Below are positions 37,349 through 45,070 of a DNA stretch of 64,000 nt, piece by piece. This stretch comes from a virus (taxonomy: Duplodnaviria; Caudoviricetes). The stretch is from the IMG/VR virus record IMGVR_UViG_3300027917_000018, positions 128,001 to 192,000 of that record; one strand, given 5' to 3'. The notes beneath the pieces are model-generated. The model had not been told where the DNA came from, ran no database searches, and was given only the letters and a program-made list of their open reading frames with translations. The first letter of the stretch is position 1, and each line of letters starts with the position of its first letter. The translations under genes and the position numbers were made by a program.

Positions 37349-37914
37349 GGGATTCTCATGGTTTTGGCGTAGTGGCTGTCCCAGCCCGGCTTGCTGCCGA
37401 CCGGCTCTACGACGGTGCCCTCCTCGACGAGGGCAAAGGGCTGGAAGCAGCCACCGCACTGCGGGTCCTCATGGTAATAGCCTTCGTCCTTGATGACCAT
37501 TTGGTTGAACTTGGGCGCAATCGTGAGAAACGTCAGCCGATCCCCGATCTTGGTCCAGAGCGCCACGTTAGCGTTCCTGCCCCGGCCAATGTACCAGCGG
37601 TTTAGGACCAGCTTGTCCTTGGGTATCTGCAAGCGCACGGTGCGCGGCATGCGGCAGGGGCGCAACGGTGTGACGCCTACAGCCTTGCACAGCTCTCGGT
37701 AGCTTACCAATCCGAAGTTATGAAATAGCCTCAAAGCGCCCTTCCGGGGGTACAGATAGCCGCTTTCGATGTCTCTTTTAACGCGTTCGGCGAACTCGAC
37801 GGTTGCTATATCAATGGTTTCATCAGCGCTTGCGTAAAGACGCTGAAGCATATTCCAAATCCTCATGGAGGCGCGGCTATCAACGTGGCTGAACCATTTC
37901 TTTGTCAGTTTCAT
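37345..37914 (-). CDS. Two-part hypothetical protein (possible alphaCTD-like helix-hairpin-helix)
   Basis: LFHNFGLVSYRELCKAVG; C-terminal RWYIGRGRNANVALW module. Confidence 0.6.
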   Translation of the reverse strand: MKLTKKWFSHVDSRASMRIWNMLQRLYASADETIDIATVEFAERVKRDIESGYLYPRKGALRLFHNFGLVSYRELCKAVGVTPLRPCRMPRTVRLQIPKDKLVLNRWYIGRGRNANVALWTKIGDRLTFLTIAPKFNQMVIKDEGYYHEDPQCGGCFQPFALVEEGTVVEPVGSKPGWDSHYAKTMRIP

Positions 37915-38420
37915 AGGGCTGGATTTTCCCAGTAAAGGACCTGGCCCGCCTTGTCGTTGGTCGGCGTGTAGCGCAGCTCATGGCCTTCCAGGCTGCCGTA
38001 AACGTACGCGTAGCCGCGCCGCCGGGCGAACCGGACAGCTTCCTCGCACCGCTCGAAGCTCGGGGCCTTGGGCATGCCTTCCCAGGCGTGCTTGTAGCGC
38101 CGGTTGAGCGTGACGCCGGTCAGGAAGTCGTGCCGCCAGACGCGGTTCTTGGCCTCCCATTGGATGTAGGCGATGCAGGCAAGGTCGTCCTCTTCGGCCT
38201 CGCGCTGCTTGGGCACGCCCCATACGCCGGTCTTGGCGATGGCGTGGAACTCAAGCTCCTCGTTGGCGAAGCGGTGAAAGGTTTTCAGGTCGACCGCCGC
38301 TGGTGATCCGCACGTGTAGCGCGGGGCGACGTTGAAGGAGCAGTGCCGAATCCTGCGGGAGCGCAGGAATTCGTCGATTTCGTCGAGGGTTATGGTTCGG
38401 TGTTCAAGTTCTGCGATCAT
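37911..38420 (-). CDS. Hypothetical protein
   Basis: 169 aa, ATGA-coupled. Confidence 0.6.
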   Translation of the reverse strand: MIAELEHRTITLDEIDEFLRSRRIRHCSFNVAPRYTCGSPAAVDLKTFHRFANEELEFHAIAKTGVWGVPKQREAEEDDLACIAYIQWEAKNRVWRHDFLTGVTLNRRYKHAWEGMPKAPSFERCEEAVRFARRRGYAYVYGSLEGHELRYTPTNDKAGQVLYWENPAL

Positions 38421-38599
38421 GGCGAGGCACGGTTAGGGGTTGTCGGTTGGTTCCGGGCCTCGCGGGCCTCACGATCTTTCTCCAGCAAATCGGTCACCAG
38501 GGCGACCAGTGCCCGGTAGGCCGGGCTGTCGGTCTCAATGCGCGTGTGCTCCTGCACGAAGCGGAGCACAGCGGCATCGATCTGGCGGGCGGTCAGCAT
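38417..38599 (-). CDS. Small hypothetical protein
   Basis: 60 aa, ATGA-coupled. Confidence 0.5.
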   Translation of the reverse strand: MLTARQIDAAVLRFVQEHTRIETDSPAYRALVALVTDLLEKDREAREARNQPTTPNRASP

Positions 38600-38600
38600 G

Positions 38601-38882
38601 TCAATGGTCTCCCGCCGGTCCCCTGCGGTAGCCGATGGAGCGCACGCGCAGCTTGCCGGGTTTGGCTGGGCTGAACGAGCAGTCGGTGGCCGTCATGTAG
38701 CTGATGGCCCGCTGGACAAGGTCACGGTCGGCTTCGTCGATGACGGCGTTGATGCTGGCTTTCCAGTCTTTGGGGTTGCAGACCTTGCCGAAGGCTGTCT
38801 GCATCTGCTCGCGTGTAAACGGATTGGCTCCGAGAATCGACGCGGGGTCGACCACGGTGAGGGTGATAGGTTCGTTTGTCAT
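38601..38882 (-). CDS. Hypothetical protein
   Basis: DWKASINAVI...AISYMTAT..RVRSIGYRRGP; start at ATG 38882 inferred. Confidence 0.6.
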   Translation of the reverse strand: MTNEPITLTVVDPASILGANPFTREQMQTAFGKVCNPKDWKASINAVIDEADRDLVQRAISYMTATDCSFSPAKPGKLRVRSIGYRRGPAGDH

Positions 38883-38928
38883 AGCAGGGTCAAAGTAAGC
38901 CCTGGCCCTGCCGAAGTCAAAACCTTTT

Positions 38929-39381
38929 TTAAGAATTTTGTGAACCAACAACCGCCTGAGCCCGTTTGACATGCTGAGCCATTTCCCAGCTCGTGGCCTT
39001 GGCCCGTTGGCGGTCGTAAAGCATGTGCCGAGCCTTGTCCTGGAGCTGGAACAGCCAGTCCTTGTCCTGTTCGGCGCGGCCCAGGGCTTTCTGGACTGCG
39101 TCGGGGTAATCCCGCCTCAGCTCGTGGCAAAAGGCGTTGATGGCCTGTTTCTTGGAATCGGGCAGATTCCAGTGAAAGCCTGGACTGAGCCCGGCCTTGG
39201 CCTGGGCGCGATCCGCAATGCTTTGCTCGATGCGGCGGGCGAGCTTCTTATCCCGGATGCGCCGGGACAGCTCGGCGTACTCCTGCTTCCACTGGGCCGT
39301 CCATGCCAGGTAGGAGGTTTTGTCGGTGAAGGGCGGGCTTGGCCACGTCCCGAACTTTTCCATGCGTTCTTCGTGTGTCAT
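38929..39381 (-). CDS. Hypothetical protein
   Basis: ATGA overlap with the pth2 stop. Confidence 0.6.
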   Translation of the reverse strand: MTHEERMEKFGTWPSPPFTDKTSYLAWTAQWKQEYAELSRRIRDKKLARRIEQSIADRAQAKAGLSPGFHWNLPDSKKQAINAFCHELRRDYPDAVQKALGRAEQDKDWLFQLQDKARHMLYDRQRAKATSWEMAQHVKRAQAVVGSQNS

Positions 39382-39815
39382 AGGAGGTTCAACCGCCGGG
39401 TGATGTGTTGGACTTCGTGCTTCAATGAAGGACCGAACCCAAGGGCGGTGATCGTGGGACGGCCTTCAAAGAAATCGGGGCAGCCGCTGTCGACTACCAG
39501 GAAGTGGGGCACGCCCGCCTCGGCCAGGGCATCCCTGGTCTTCAGCAGGCGTTGCAGGGAGGCTCCCAGGCAGACTTTGGTGCCGGGGAGGTCCTGGGCA
39601 TAGGCCCTGGCCGCCTCCGAGCCCTCAGTGGCCAAATACGCGCCGAGGTAGGCATGTCCTGCCTGCGAGGCGATCTTGCCTGGAGCCATACCCAGGTCGG
39701 TACGCACGACGGCGTACAGACGGAGGACGGGGTCGGGGATTTACGTGAAGTCGGAAGACACGTCACCCGAGGGGATCGGGGACGGGGAACGGTCGGATAC
39801 TTACGTGAATTTCAC
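39378..39815 (-). CDS. pth2: Peptidyl-tRNA hydrolase, Pth2 family, with two in-frame TAA codons in an N-terminal extension
   Basis: Domain LYAVVRTDLGMAPGKIASQAGHA ... TKVCL ... VVDSG ... TITALGFGP; SD TAAGGA 8 nt before GTG 39815; in-frame TAA at 39803-39801 and 39743-39741; final stop TGA. Family call high confidence, start position moderate. Confidence 0.8.
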
Positions 39816-39823
39816 TGGGATGA

Positions 39824-39829
39824 TCCTTA
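39824..39829 (-). promoter_or_regulatory. Shine-Dalgarno TAAGGA for pth2 GTG 39815
   Basis: 8-nt spacer; the same TAAGGA precedes GTG 40848 in this operon. Confidence 0.6.
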
Positions 39830-39854
39830 AGCTATCAGGCTGTCTTTGTCAAGC

Positions 39855-39929
39855 TGGCGCTGCTGGCGGGAGTTGAACCCGCAACACGGGAGGTTAAAGC
39901 TCCCTGCTCTGCCGTTGAGCTACAGCAGC
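39855..39929 (-). tRNA. tRNA with anticodon UUA (ochre/UAA suppressor), CCA encoded
   Basis: GCTGCTG-TA-GCTC-AACGGCA-GAGC-A-GGGAG-CT[TTA]AC-CTCCC-GTGTT-GCGGG-TTCAACT-CCCGC-CAGCAGC-G-CCA; all four stems pair. Confidence 0.92.
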
Positions 39930-40381
39930 TTCAAAATCCTGGTTGTGCTGAAACCGGTCATGAGCGGGATGAAGCGGATTTCGCCGCCATTCTTGAGGAC
40001 CACGTCGCGCTCCCCTTTGTCCACCGTGTCGATGTTGTAGTCGTCGCCCTTGACCCAAATGGCCGGGCAAACCGTATCCAGAAAGCGCGTGGCGCGTTTA
40101 CCGCGAAAGACATACACCCAGTCGACGCATTCAAGTCCGGCCACCACGAAGGCGCGCAGAGCGGCTGGAAAAATCGGGCGGTCCGGCCCCTTGAGCATCC
40201 TGACCGACCGGTCGTCGTTGATACCGACCACCAGCTGCATCCCAAGTTTACGGGCCTCCTGAAGGAAGTGGACGTGGCCTGGGTGGAGGATGTCGAAGCA
40301 GCCGTTGGTGGCGACAGTTGCATGCCGGGCGCTATTGAGGCGCAGTTCCCGCACGTTCGTCAGCAGCTTTGGATTGTCCAT
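39920..40381 (-). CDS. HldE/RfaE domain II-like sugar-phosphate adenylyltransferase
   Basis: ATNGCFDILHPGHVHFL, VVGINDDRSVRMLKGPDRP, WVKGDDY, FSTTRIL; stop TAG lies inside the tRNA 5' end. Confidence 0.85.
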   Translation of the reverse strand: MDNPKLLTNVRELRLNSARHATVATNGCFDILHPGHVHFLQEARKLGMQLVVGINDDRSVRMLKGPDRPIFPAALRAFVVAGLECVDWVYVFRGKRATRFLDTVCPAIWVKGDDYNIDTVDKGERDVVLKNGGEIRFIPLMTGFSTTRILKLL

Positions 40382-40589
40382 GCTGACTAGAACGCGCCTC
40401 GTTGGCTAACCGCGTGTAAACGCGGGTGAAGTCCGGGTAGCCGTAGTCTCGTGGTTCTGTCACAGTCTTGGCTTGGCCGCACACACCGCACGTGCCTTCG
40501 TGCATGGTGGATGTGTTGAGTTGGCTAAAGCGGCCTCGGGCTTCGTGGGCGCATTCCGCGCACACCCAGCTAGGATATGGTTTGTCCAT
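40332..40589 (-). CDS. Small Zn-binding protein
   Basis: WVCAECA ... TCGVCG..KTVTEPRDYGYP; start uncertain. Confidence 0.45.
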   Translation of the reverse strand: MDKPYPSWVCAECAHEARGRFSQLNTSTMHEGTCGVCGQAKTVTEPRDYGYPDFTRVYTRLANEARSSQHGQSKAADERAGTAPQ

Positions 40590-40848
40590 GATGTCGTCGG
40601 TGGGGTTTGTATGAAGCAAGTCGTCGCAGTAAATCCAGGCGGACATAAGAGCCGCGCCGATTGCTCACAACGATGGCCTCGCGCATGGCGTTTACGAATT
40701 TGATTCGTGGATCGTCAGTCATCAAAGGATTGGTTGTCAGGACCAGCTCGATCAGGGCCACGAGGCTCTCGTAATCTAGCTTGTAGGTTTCCTCGATCAG
40801 GACACCGTCCGGGATTACTTCAATGGACGTTCCGTTAGGCAATTTCAC
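40570..40848 (-). CDS. Hypothetical protein
   Basis: SD TAAGGA 5 nt before GTG. Confidence 0.55.
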   Translation of the reverse strand: MKLPNGTSIEVIPDGVLIEETYKLDYESLVALIELVLTTNPLMTDDPRIKFVNAMREAIVVSNRRGSYVRLDLLRRLASYKPHRRHHGQTIS

Positions 40849-40882
40849 GATATTCCTTACAATTGCAATGATTTAACCGAAG

Positions 40883-41161
40883 TCAAGTCGCGAATCCCAG
40901 CGCTCGGGCCGTCTCCCTGGCCCTTTGTTTCGCTTCCCGTATTTCGCGCTGAGTCCACGGTTTTAGCCGCAAGAACCGCCAGGTGCCTCCCTTAAGCAGT
41001 TGCAGGTAGGCACCCACGGTCAGTAGCCGCCGCTCGCGCTCCGGCAGCTTGGCGATGGCGACCTGCGCCTCGACCTCGTCCTGGGTGTCACACATCTTGA
41101 GGCGGCACCAGAAGCTCTTGCTGCCGACTGAGAGCACGTAGCCTTTAGCGATTGGCTTCAT
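40883..41161 (-). CDS. Hypothetical protein
   Basis: Member of minus-strand run; start inferred. Confidence 0.55.
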   Translation of the reverse strand: MKPIAKGYVLSVGSKSFWCRLKMCDTQDEVEAQVAIAKLPERERRLLTVGAYLQLLKGGTWRFLRLKPWTQREIREAKQRARETARALGFAT

Positions 41162-41660
41162 GGTTTCCATTCAAAGAACGCCATCGGTCGACGGCGTCCC
41201 ACTCGACAAGCTCGCAGTCGTACTCCTGGGCCTTGCCGTTGGGCGCGGGGCTCCAGCGGTGCCAAAGCTCGTGCGCCGTCAGCCCGACCAGCTGCTCACG
41301 CCAGTTGTTGATCCAGAATTCCGGCATTTCCTTGAAGCGAGGGTACCGCTGCAAAACGGGCTCTTCGTGGAGATTTCCGATGAAGACTTTGGCATGATAG
41401 CCGCAGGCGCGGCCCCACCAGCTTCTTGAGGACTTTCCGATCCGTAACACATGGGGCCAGCGCTGCTGGCGTCGCACATATTCCGGGCCGTGCTGCCGCA
41501 GCGCTTCGCGCTTCACGTGGACAAAGGCGCAGGCAATCAGGGGTCGCACAGTCCTCCAGGGTAGGCGCACCGTGCGCTCATTGTAGTCGACAAGCAGCGT
41601 GTCCTTCGGAGCCACGAAGCCGCGCACCTTCATCTTGGGAGCTGTGACGCGGTATCTCAT
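41145..41660 (-). CDS. Hypothetical protein with HExxH-like motif
   Basis: LTAHELWHRW...EYDCE (possible metallopeptidase-like site). Confidence 0.55.
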   Translation of the reverse strand: MRYRVTAPKMKVRGFVAPKDTLLVDYNERTVRLPWRTVRPLIACAFVHVKREALRQHGPEYVRRQQRWPHVLRIGKSSRSWWGRACGYHAKVFIGNLHEEPVLQRYPRFKEMPEFWINNWREQLVGLTAHELWHRWSPAPNGKAQEYDCELVEWDAVDRWRSLNGNHEANR

Positions 41661-42049
41661 TTGCCAAAGAGCCGCTTTTCGGCGCGGCGCATGCGGGCGC
41701 TTTCGCGCTGGCGCGATTTGCTGGCTTTTCGTTTACGCGCTCGTTCCAGGACACGAATGTTGGCCGCGCACCGAAGCATGTAGGCGTAAACGTCAGAGAG
41801 CTTCATGCTGCTGGCTTGGCGAGTTCCCTCCGGGCGAAGCTCCAACAGGTCGCCGTCGCGGAGCGCAACCACCAACCTTCGGCGTTTGTCCCGGCCATAG
41901 CAGCCGCCCAGGGGCTCGCGGGTGACGCGAACGACCTCGCTGGCGACGAGCCTGGTAACCGGCTGGTCGCGCTCGTCAAAGACTGGCACCAGCTTCCCGT
42001 TATGCCGCTTCTTCACGGCCCGCAGTTTTTTCGATCCAATGACTATCAT
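41657..42049 (-). CDS. Basic hypothetical protein, first gene after consensus sigma70 promoter
   Basis: ATG 42049 10 nt after TATAAT; highly basic C-terminus. Confidence 0.6.
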   Translation of the reverse strand: MIVIGSKKLRAVKKRHNGKLVPVFDERDQPVTRLVASEVVRVTREPLGGCYGRDKRRRLVVALRDGDLLELRPEGTRQASSMKLSDVYAYMLRCAANIRVLERARKRKASKSRQRESARMRRAEKRLFGK

Positions 42050-42059
42050 AGCGTAAATC

Positions 42060-42087
42060 ATTATACACGATATACTTAGCCTGTCAA
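42060..42087 (-). promoter_or_regulatory. Consensus sigma70 promoter TTGACA-16-TATAAT with extended TG
   Basis: TTGACA 42087-42082, TATAAT 42065-42060; heads the 36.4-42 kb minus-strand run of small genes. Confidence 0.8.
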
Positions 42088-42143
42088 CAATAATCTTTAA
42101 GCACGAAGACAGCAGCAGACCCGAAGCGCGGCCCGTAAGTAGT

Positions 42144-42470
42144 GTGATGGCAGACGAAGTCCAGGATTCCCGGTACAAGGAACTGACTGTGCCGGACTTT
42201 AAGAGCACGATCCCAGCTCACCTTCTAGGGCGGCTGACGGACTCAGAGCGCTATCTTGTCGAGACGCTGTCCAAGATGGAGCAGCAAAACACCTTCTTGA
42301 TCGGCGCGGTATTGGAGCACCGGCTGGCGATCCGGGATGGGGACATTCGGCTCGGCAAGGTTGAAAAATGGAAAGCGAACCTGAGCAGCAAGTGGGCGGT
42401 CATCGCCGTGATCCTGGCCATCATCGTGCCTGTAGCCCTGAAAGAGATATTCGATCACTGGTTCCCATGA
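42144..42470 (+). CDS. Coiled-coil protein with single C-terminal TM segment
   Basis: KWAVIAVILAIIVPVAL hydrophobic tail. Confidence 0.6.
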   Translation: MMADEVQDSRYKELTVPDFKSTIPAHLLGRLTDSERYLVETLSKMEQQNTFLIGAVLEHRLAIRDGDIRLGKVEKWKANLSSKWAVIAVILAIIVPVALKEIFDHWFP

Positions 42471-42913
42471 CAGCGCTTGACCTGGCCCGGCGATGGGCAG
42501 CGCCAACGCCTGTGCTCGTAGTAGACGATGACGCTGCGGTGAGACGACTGTTCCGTCGCCTAGCCGAGAACTTCGGCCTGGCTGTAGTGGAGGCCGACGG
42601 TGTCGAGGAGGCAAGGGCGGCGTTGGCCGCCCACAATTTCAGAGCAGTTTTCCTGGACCTTCATTTGGGTGAACAAAGCGCCCTTGATCTTATGCCTTGG
42701 GTCGGCAAGGAAACTCCGGTTGTCCTCATGACCGGGCATCTGGACAGCCCGCTTCTGGAACGCGCCTTAGACGAAGGCCCGTACGCCCTGCTGCGGAAGC
42801 CTGACGATTTTCAAGTCGAAAGGATCGGACAAGTGCTTCAGCTTTTGAATATCCGGCATTTGACGCCCAGCGGCATGCCGCAGCTCAAGCCAGCGCAGCA
42901 TGTCGTTCCTTAG
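42467..42913 (+). CDS. Stand-alone response-regulator receiver domain
   Basis: VLVVDDD, VFLDLHL (phospho-Asp), VVLMTG, LLRKP. Confidence 0.8.
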   Translation: MTALDLARRWAAPTPVLVVDDDAAVRRLFRRLAENFGLAVVEADGVEEARAALAAHNFRAVFLDLHLGEQSALDLMPWVGKETPVVLMTGHLDSPLLERALDEGPYALLRKPDDFQVERIGQVLQLLNIRHLTPSGMPQLKPAQHVVP

Positions 42914-43275
42914 CCGAAGATGCGCAGGGCCGTGTTGCTGAGCTGCGGGTTTTTCGTCTCGATCACGTAAACGCGGCCAAAAGTCAGGAACGGGCCTTCA
43001 ACGAGATTCTTTTTGGCGTCGGTGAGGCCCGTAAGCTGAATGTACAGACCAGTCTCTTCATCAGTCACCGTCGCGGCGATAGCAATGTGCCCTTTTTCCA
43101 GGTCCTTTCGCATAATGGGCTGTGTCGTCCTGGTGCGCAGCACTTTGGTCGCGGTGGATGACTGTTCGTGAAAAAGCCGTTCAGCTTCAAGGTACAGGGT
43201 TTCTACAAGACCTTTGCTGGTTGGAAGGTGCTTGCTGGTGACCGTTTGCAGTGGCATGGCATGTTTCTGGTCCAT
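42910..43275 (-). CDS. Hypothetical protein
   Basis: ATG 43275 just after the resolvase stop. Confidence 0.5.
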   Translation of the reverse strand: MDQKHAMPLQTVTSKHLPTSKGLVETLYLEAERLFHEQSSTATKVLRTRTTQPIMRKDLEKGHIAIAATVTDEETGLYIQLTGLTDAKKNLVEGPFLTFGRVYVIETKNPQLSNTALRIFG

Positions 43276-43279
43276 AGCC

Positions 43280-43786
43280 TTAAGAACCGGATTCAATGCG
43301 GCAGCTGCATTCAAGCTTGGTTTCCACTGCAAAGGAGGCCACTGCCAGGGCGCTCCACAAATCCTTGCGGATGCCGTATAACGGGCCGGGTTTTTTCTTG
43401 GTTCCGACCTCGCCGTACTTGTCGAGCAGGGCGCGGCGGATGTTGGGGTCCTTGGCCCTGGCCACGCCGCAGTGATGGACACAGACCGGTTTGCGAAAGA
43501 CCAGGTGCCACGGATTTTGCAGGACGTTCCAGACCTCAACAAACCGCCCGATCCAAAGCACCGTTTCAAAAACCTCCTTGCCGACCGGCATGCCGTAGCT
43601 GGCGATCATCTCGATGTAGAGCGGCGGCCCATTATCTTCGCCCTGGCAAAGTTTCGCATGCAGGTCCGCGTTGGGATAAATTTCAGCTTCCAGTACTTTG
43701 GAGCCGTCCCAAAGGACGTAAGCACTTTCGGTTGTCCCAGGATCGATGCCGATGATAGGTAGCTGCATACTGGTAAGAACGGGCAC
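43280..43786 (-). CDS. RuvC-like Holliday junction resolvase
   Basis: IIGIDPGTT, LYIEM, KDPNIRRAL, DLWSALAVA; start may be ATG 43768. Confidence 0.75.
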   Translation of the reverse strand: MPVLTSMQLPIIGIDPGTTESAYVLWDGSKVLEAEIYPNADLHAKLCQGEDNGPPLYIEMIASYGMPVGKEVFETVLWIGRFVEVWNVLQNPWHLVFRKPVCVHHCGVARAKDPNIRRALLDKYGEVGTKKKPGPLYGIRKDLWSALAVASFAVETKLECSCRIESGS

Positions 43787-43841
43787 GATCGTTTAAGATT
43801 TACGTTGACCATTCCTCCCGTTTCCGTGTTCTTAAGCGCGT

Positions 43842-45062
43842 ATGGGGCGCATTGCGGATGTCGTCAGGAAGTATCGTCTCGACGTTGAAACGGACGTGAA
43901 GTCCGAGAGCCTGGGACTCGGCCCTATCATGGAAAAGGCCGCCCTGGAGACTTTTCTCGCGCACGATCCAAGCGGAAGCGCCAAATACCTGGAATGGATG
44001 ATTTTTCAGGCGGGCGGCGGACAGGTCCTGATGCAGAAGATGCACGATATGTGGAACGGCCTTGGCCCGTCCGACCAGCTTGCCCAGTGTCCCAACGTCA
44101 AGAAGGAATACCTCGAAGAAGTCATGCGGCCCTACTTCGGCGTTGACGGCAAGCAGCATCCGCCCATGACGAGAGAGCAGGCTCTTTGTGCGTGGCCTGA
44201 CGCGGAGCGCCACTATTACCACGAGTTCTTGATGGGCGACCAGGACCTGGCGGTCGGCGGCGGTTACGGCTTCTTCCGTCATTGGAATGAGCGCTACGAT
44301 CGGATTGTTGAAGCCATCAAGTTCTGGCACCAGCAGCTGCCCGCGCTCAAAGCCCTGAACGAGGAGGCTGACATTACGGATCGCGTGGAGCTGGACATCT
44401 ACGCGAAATGGTCATTTGGCGGTTTCAACCAGCCCGACGCCGTTTACGGAACCGTCGAGAAACTGGAGGAGGCTTTTCATTCCGTGCGCTGGCGGCGCGT
44501 GCTGCTGGACGTGCGCTACGACACCGTTTACGAAGATGCGTTGCTTCTGGTGGTCGCGCCGCTGACGATCGGGGCCAGCATGAAGTACGGCGTTTCCAAG
44601 TGGTGTACGAGCAACGAGACCAACCTGCGCCATTCGCTAAACCCGAGCTATCCGGCGGAATCGCATTGGACGAACTACCTTTCCAGAGGACCGGTGGTCT
44701 ACTGGTGCTGGAAAATTCCAATGCCGCCTTATTTGTGGCGGCTGGCCATCCACATCAGCAACGAGAACCTGGCCCGGTGTCGGCCCCAGTTCCTTGCAGA
44801 TCAGGCGTTCATCAACGCCTTTAACGACCCCAAGACAACGACCTACGCCGCGATCCGTGAGGAGATGCTCAAGGAGCACCTTCGGATGAATGCGCCGCCT
44901 TCCGACCAGTGGCCGCTGGCCTTCGGGCGCAAGGACGCCAATCGGGCTTGGGACTCGAAGAAGCAGGGCAAGGAGGTCGTGGCCGTGTTTGACAAGTCGC
45001 TCAAAGCGGTGTCCAACTGGGCCAACGGGTTTGATACGCGCCGCATCGTCAAGCGCCTGTAG
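43842..45062 (+). CDS. Hypothetical protein, paralog of 45071 ORF
   Basis: KYLEWMI and VAPLTIGASMKYGVSKWCTS motifs. Confidence 0.7.
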   Translation: MGRIADVVRKYRLDVETDVKSESLGLGPIMEKAALETFLAHDPSGSAKYLEWMIFQAGGGQVLMQKMHDMWNGLGPSDQLAQCPNVKKEYLEEVMRPYFGVDGKQHPPMTREQALCAWPDAERHYYHEFLMGDQDLAVGGGYGFFRHWNERYDRIVEAIKFWHQQLPALKALNEEADITDRVELDIYAKWSFGGFNQPDAVYGTVEKLEEAFHSVRWRRVLLDVRYDTVYEDALLLVVAPLTIGASMKYGVSKWCTSNETNLRHSLNPSYPAESHWTNYLSRGPVVYWCWKIPMPPYLWRLAIHISNENLARCRPQFLADQAFINAFNDPKTTTYAAIREEMLKEHLRMNAPPSDQWPLAFGRKDANRAWDSKKQGKEVVAVFDKSLKAVSNWANGFDTRRIVKRL

Positions 45063-45070
45063 TTACGGTG

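Noticed and set aside
39741-39809. TTCACGTAA repeats as purely DNA operator sites
   Set aside because: Quasi-palindromic, so not excluded. However, both copies are in the pth2 frame, place TAA in-frame and sit beside a UAA-reading tRNA, which favours the translational reading.
39829-39852. Sigma70 promoter between tRNA and pth2 (TTGACA plus TGaTAGCTT)
   Set aside because: Only 12 nt separate the -35 and the best -10 match; too short to support as a standard promoter.
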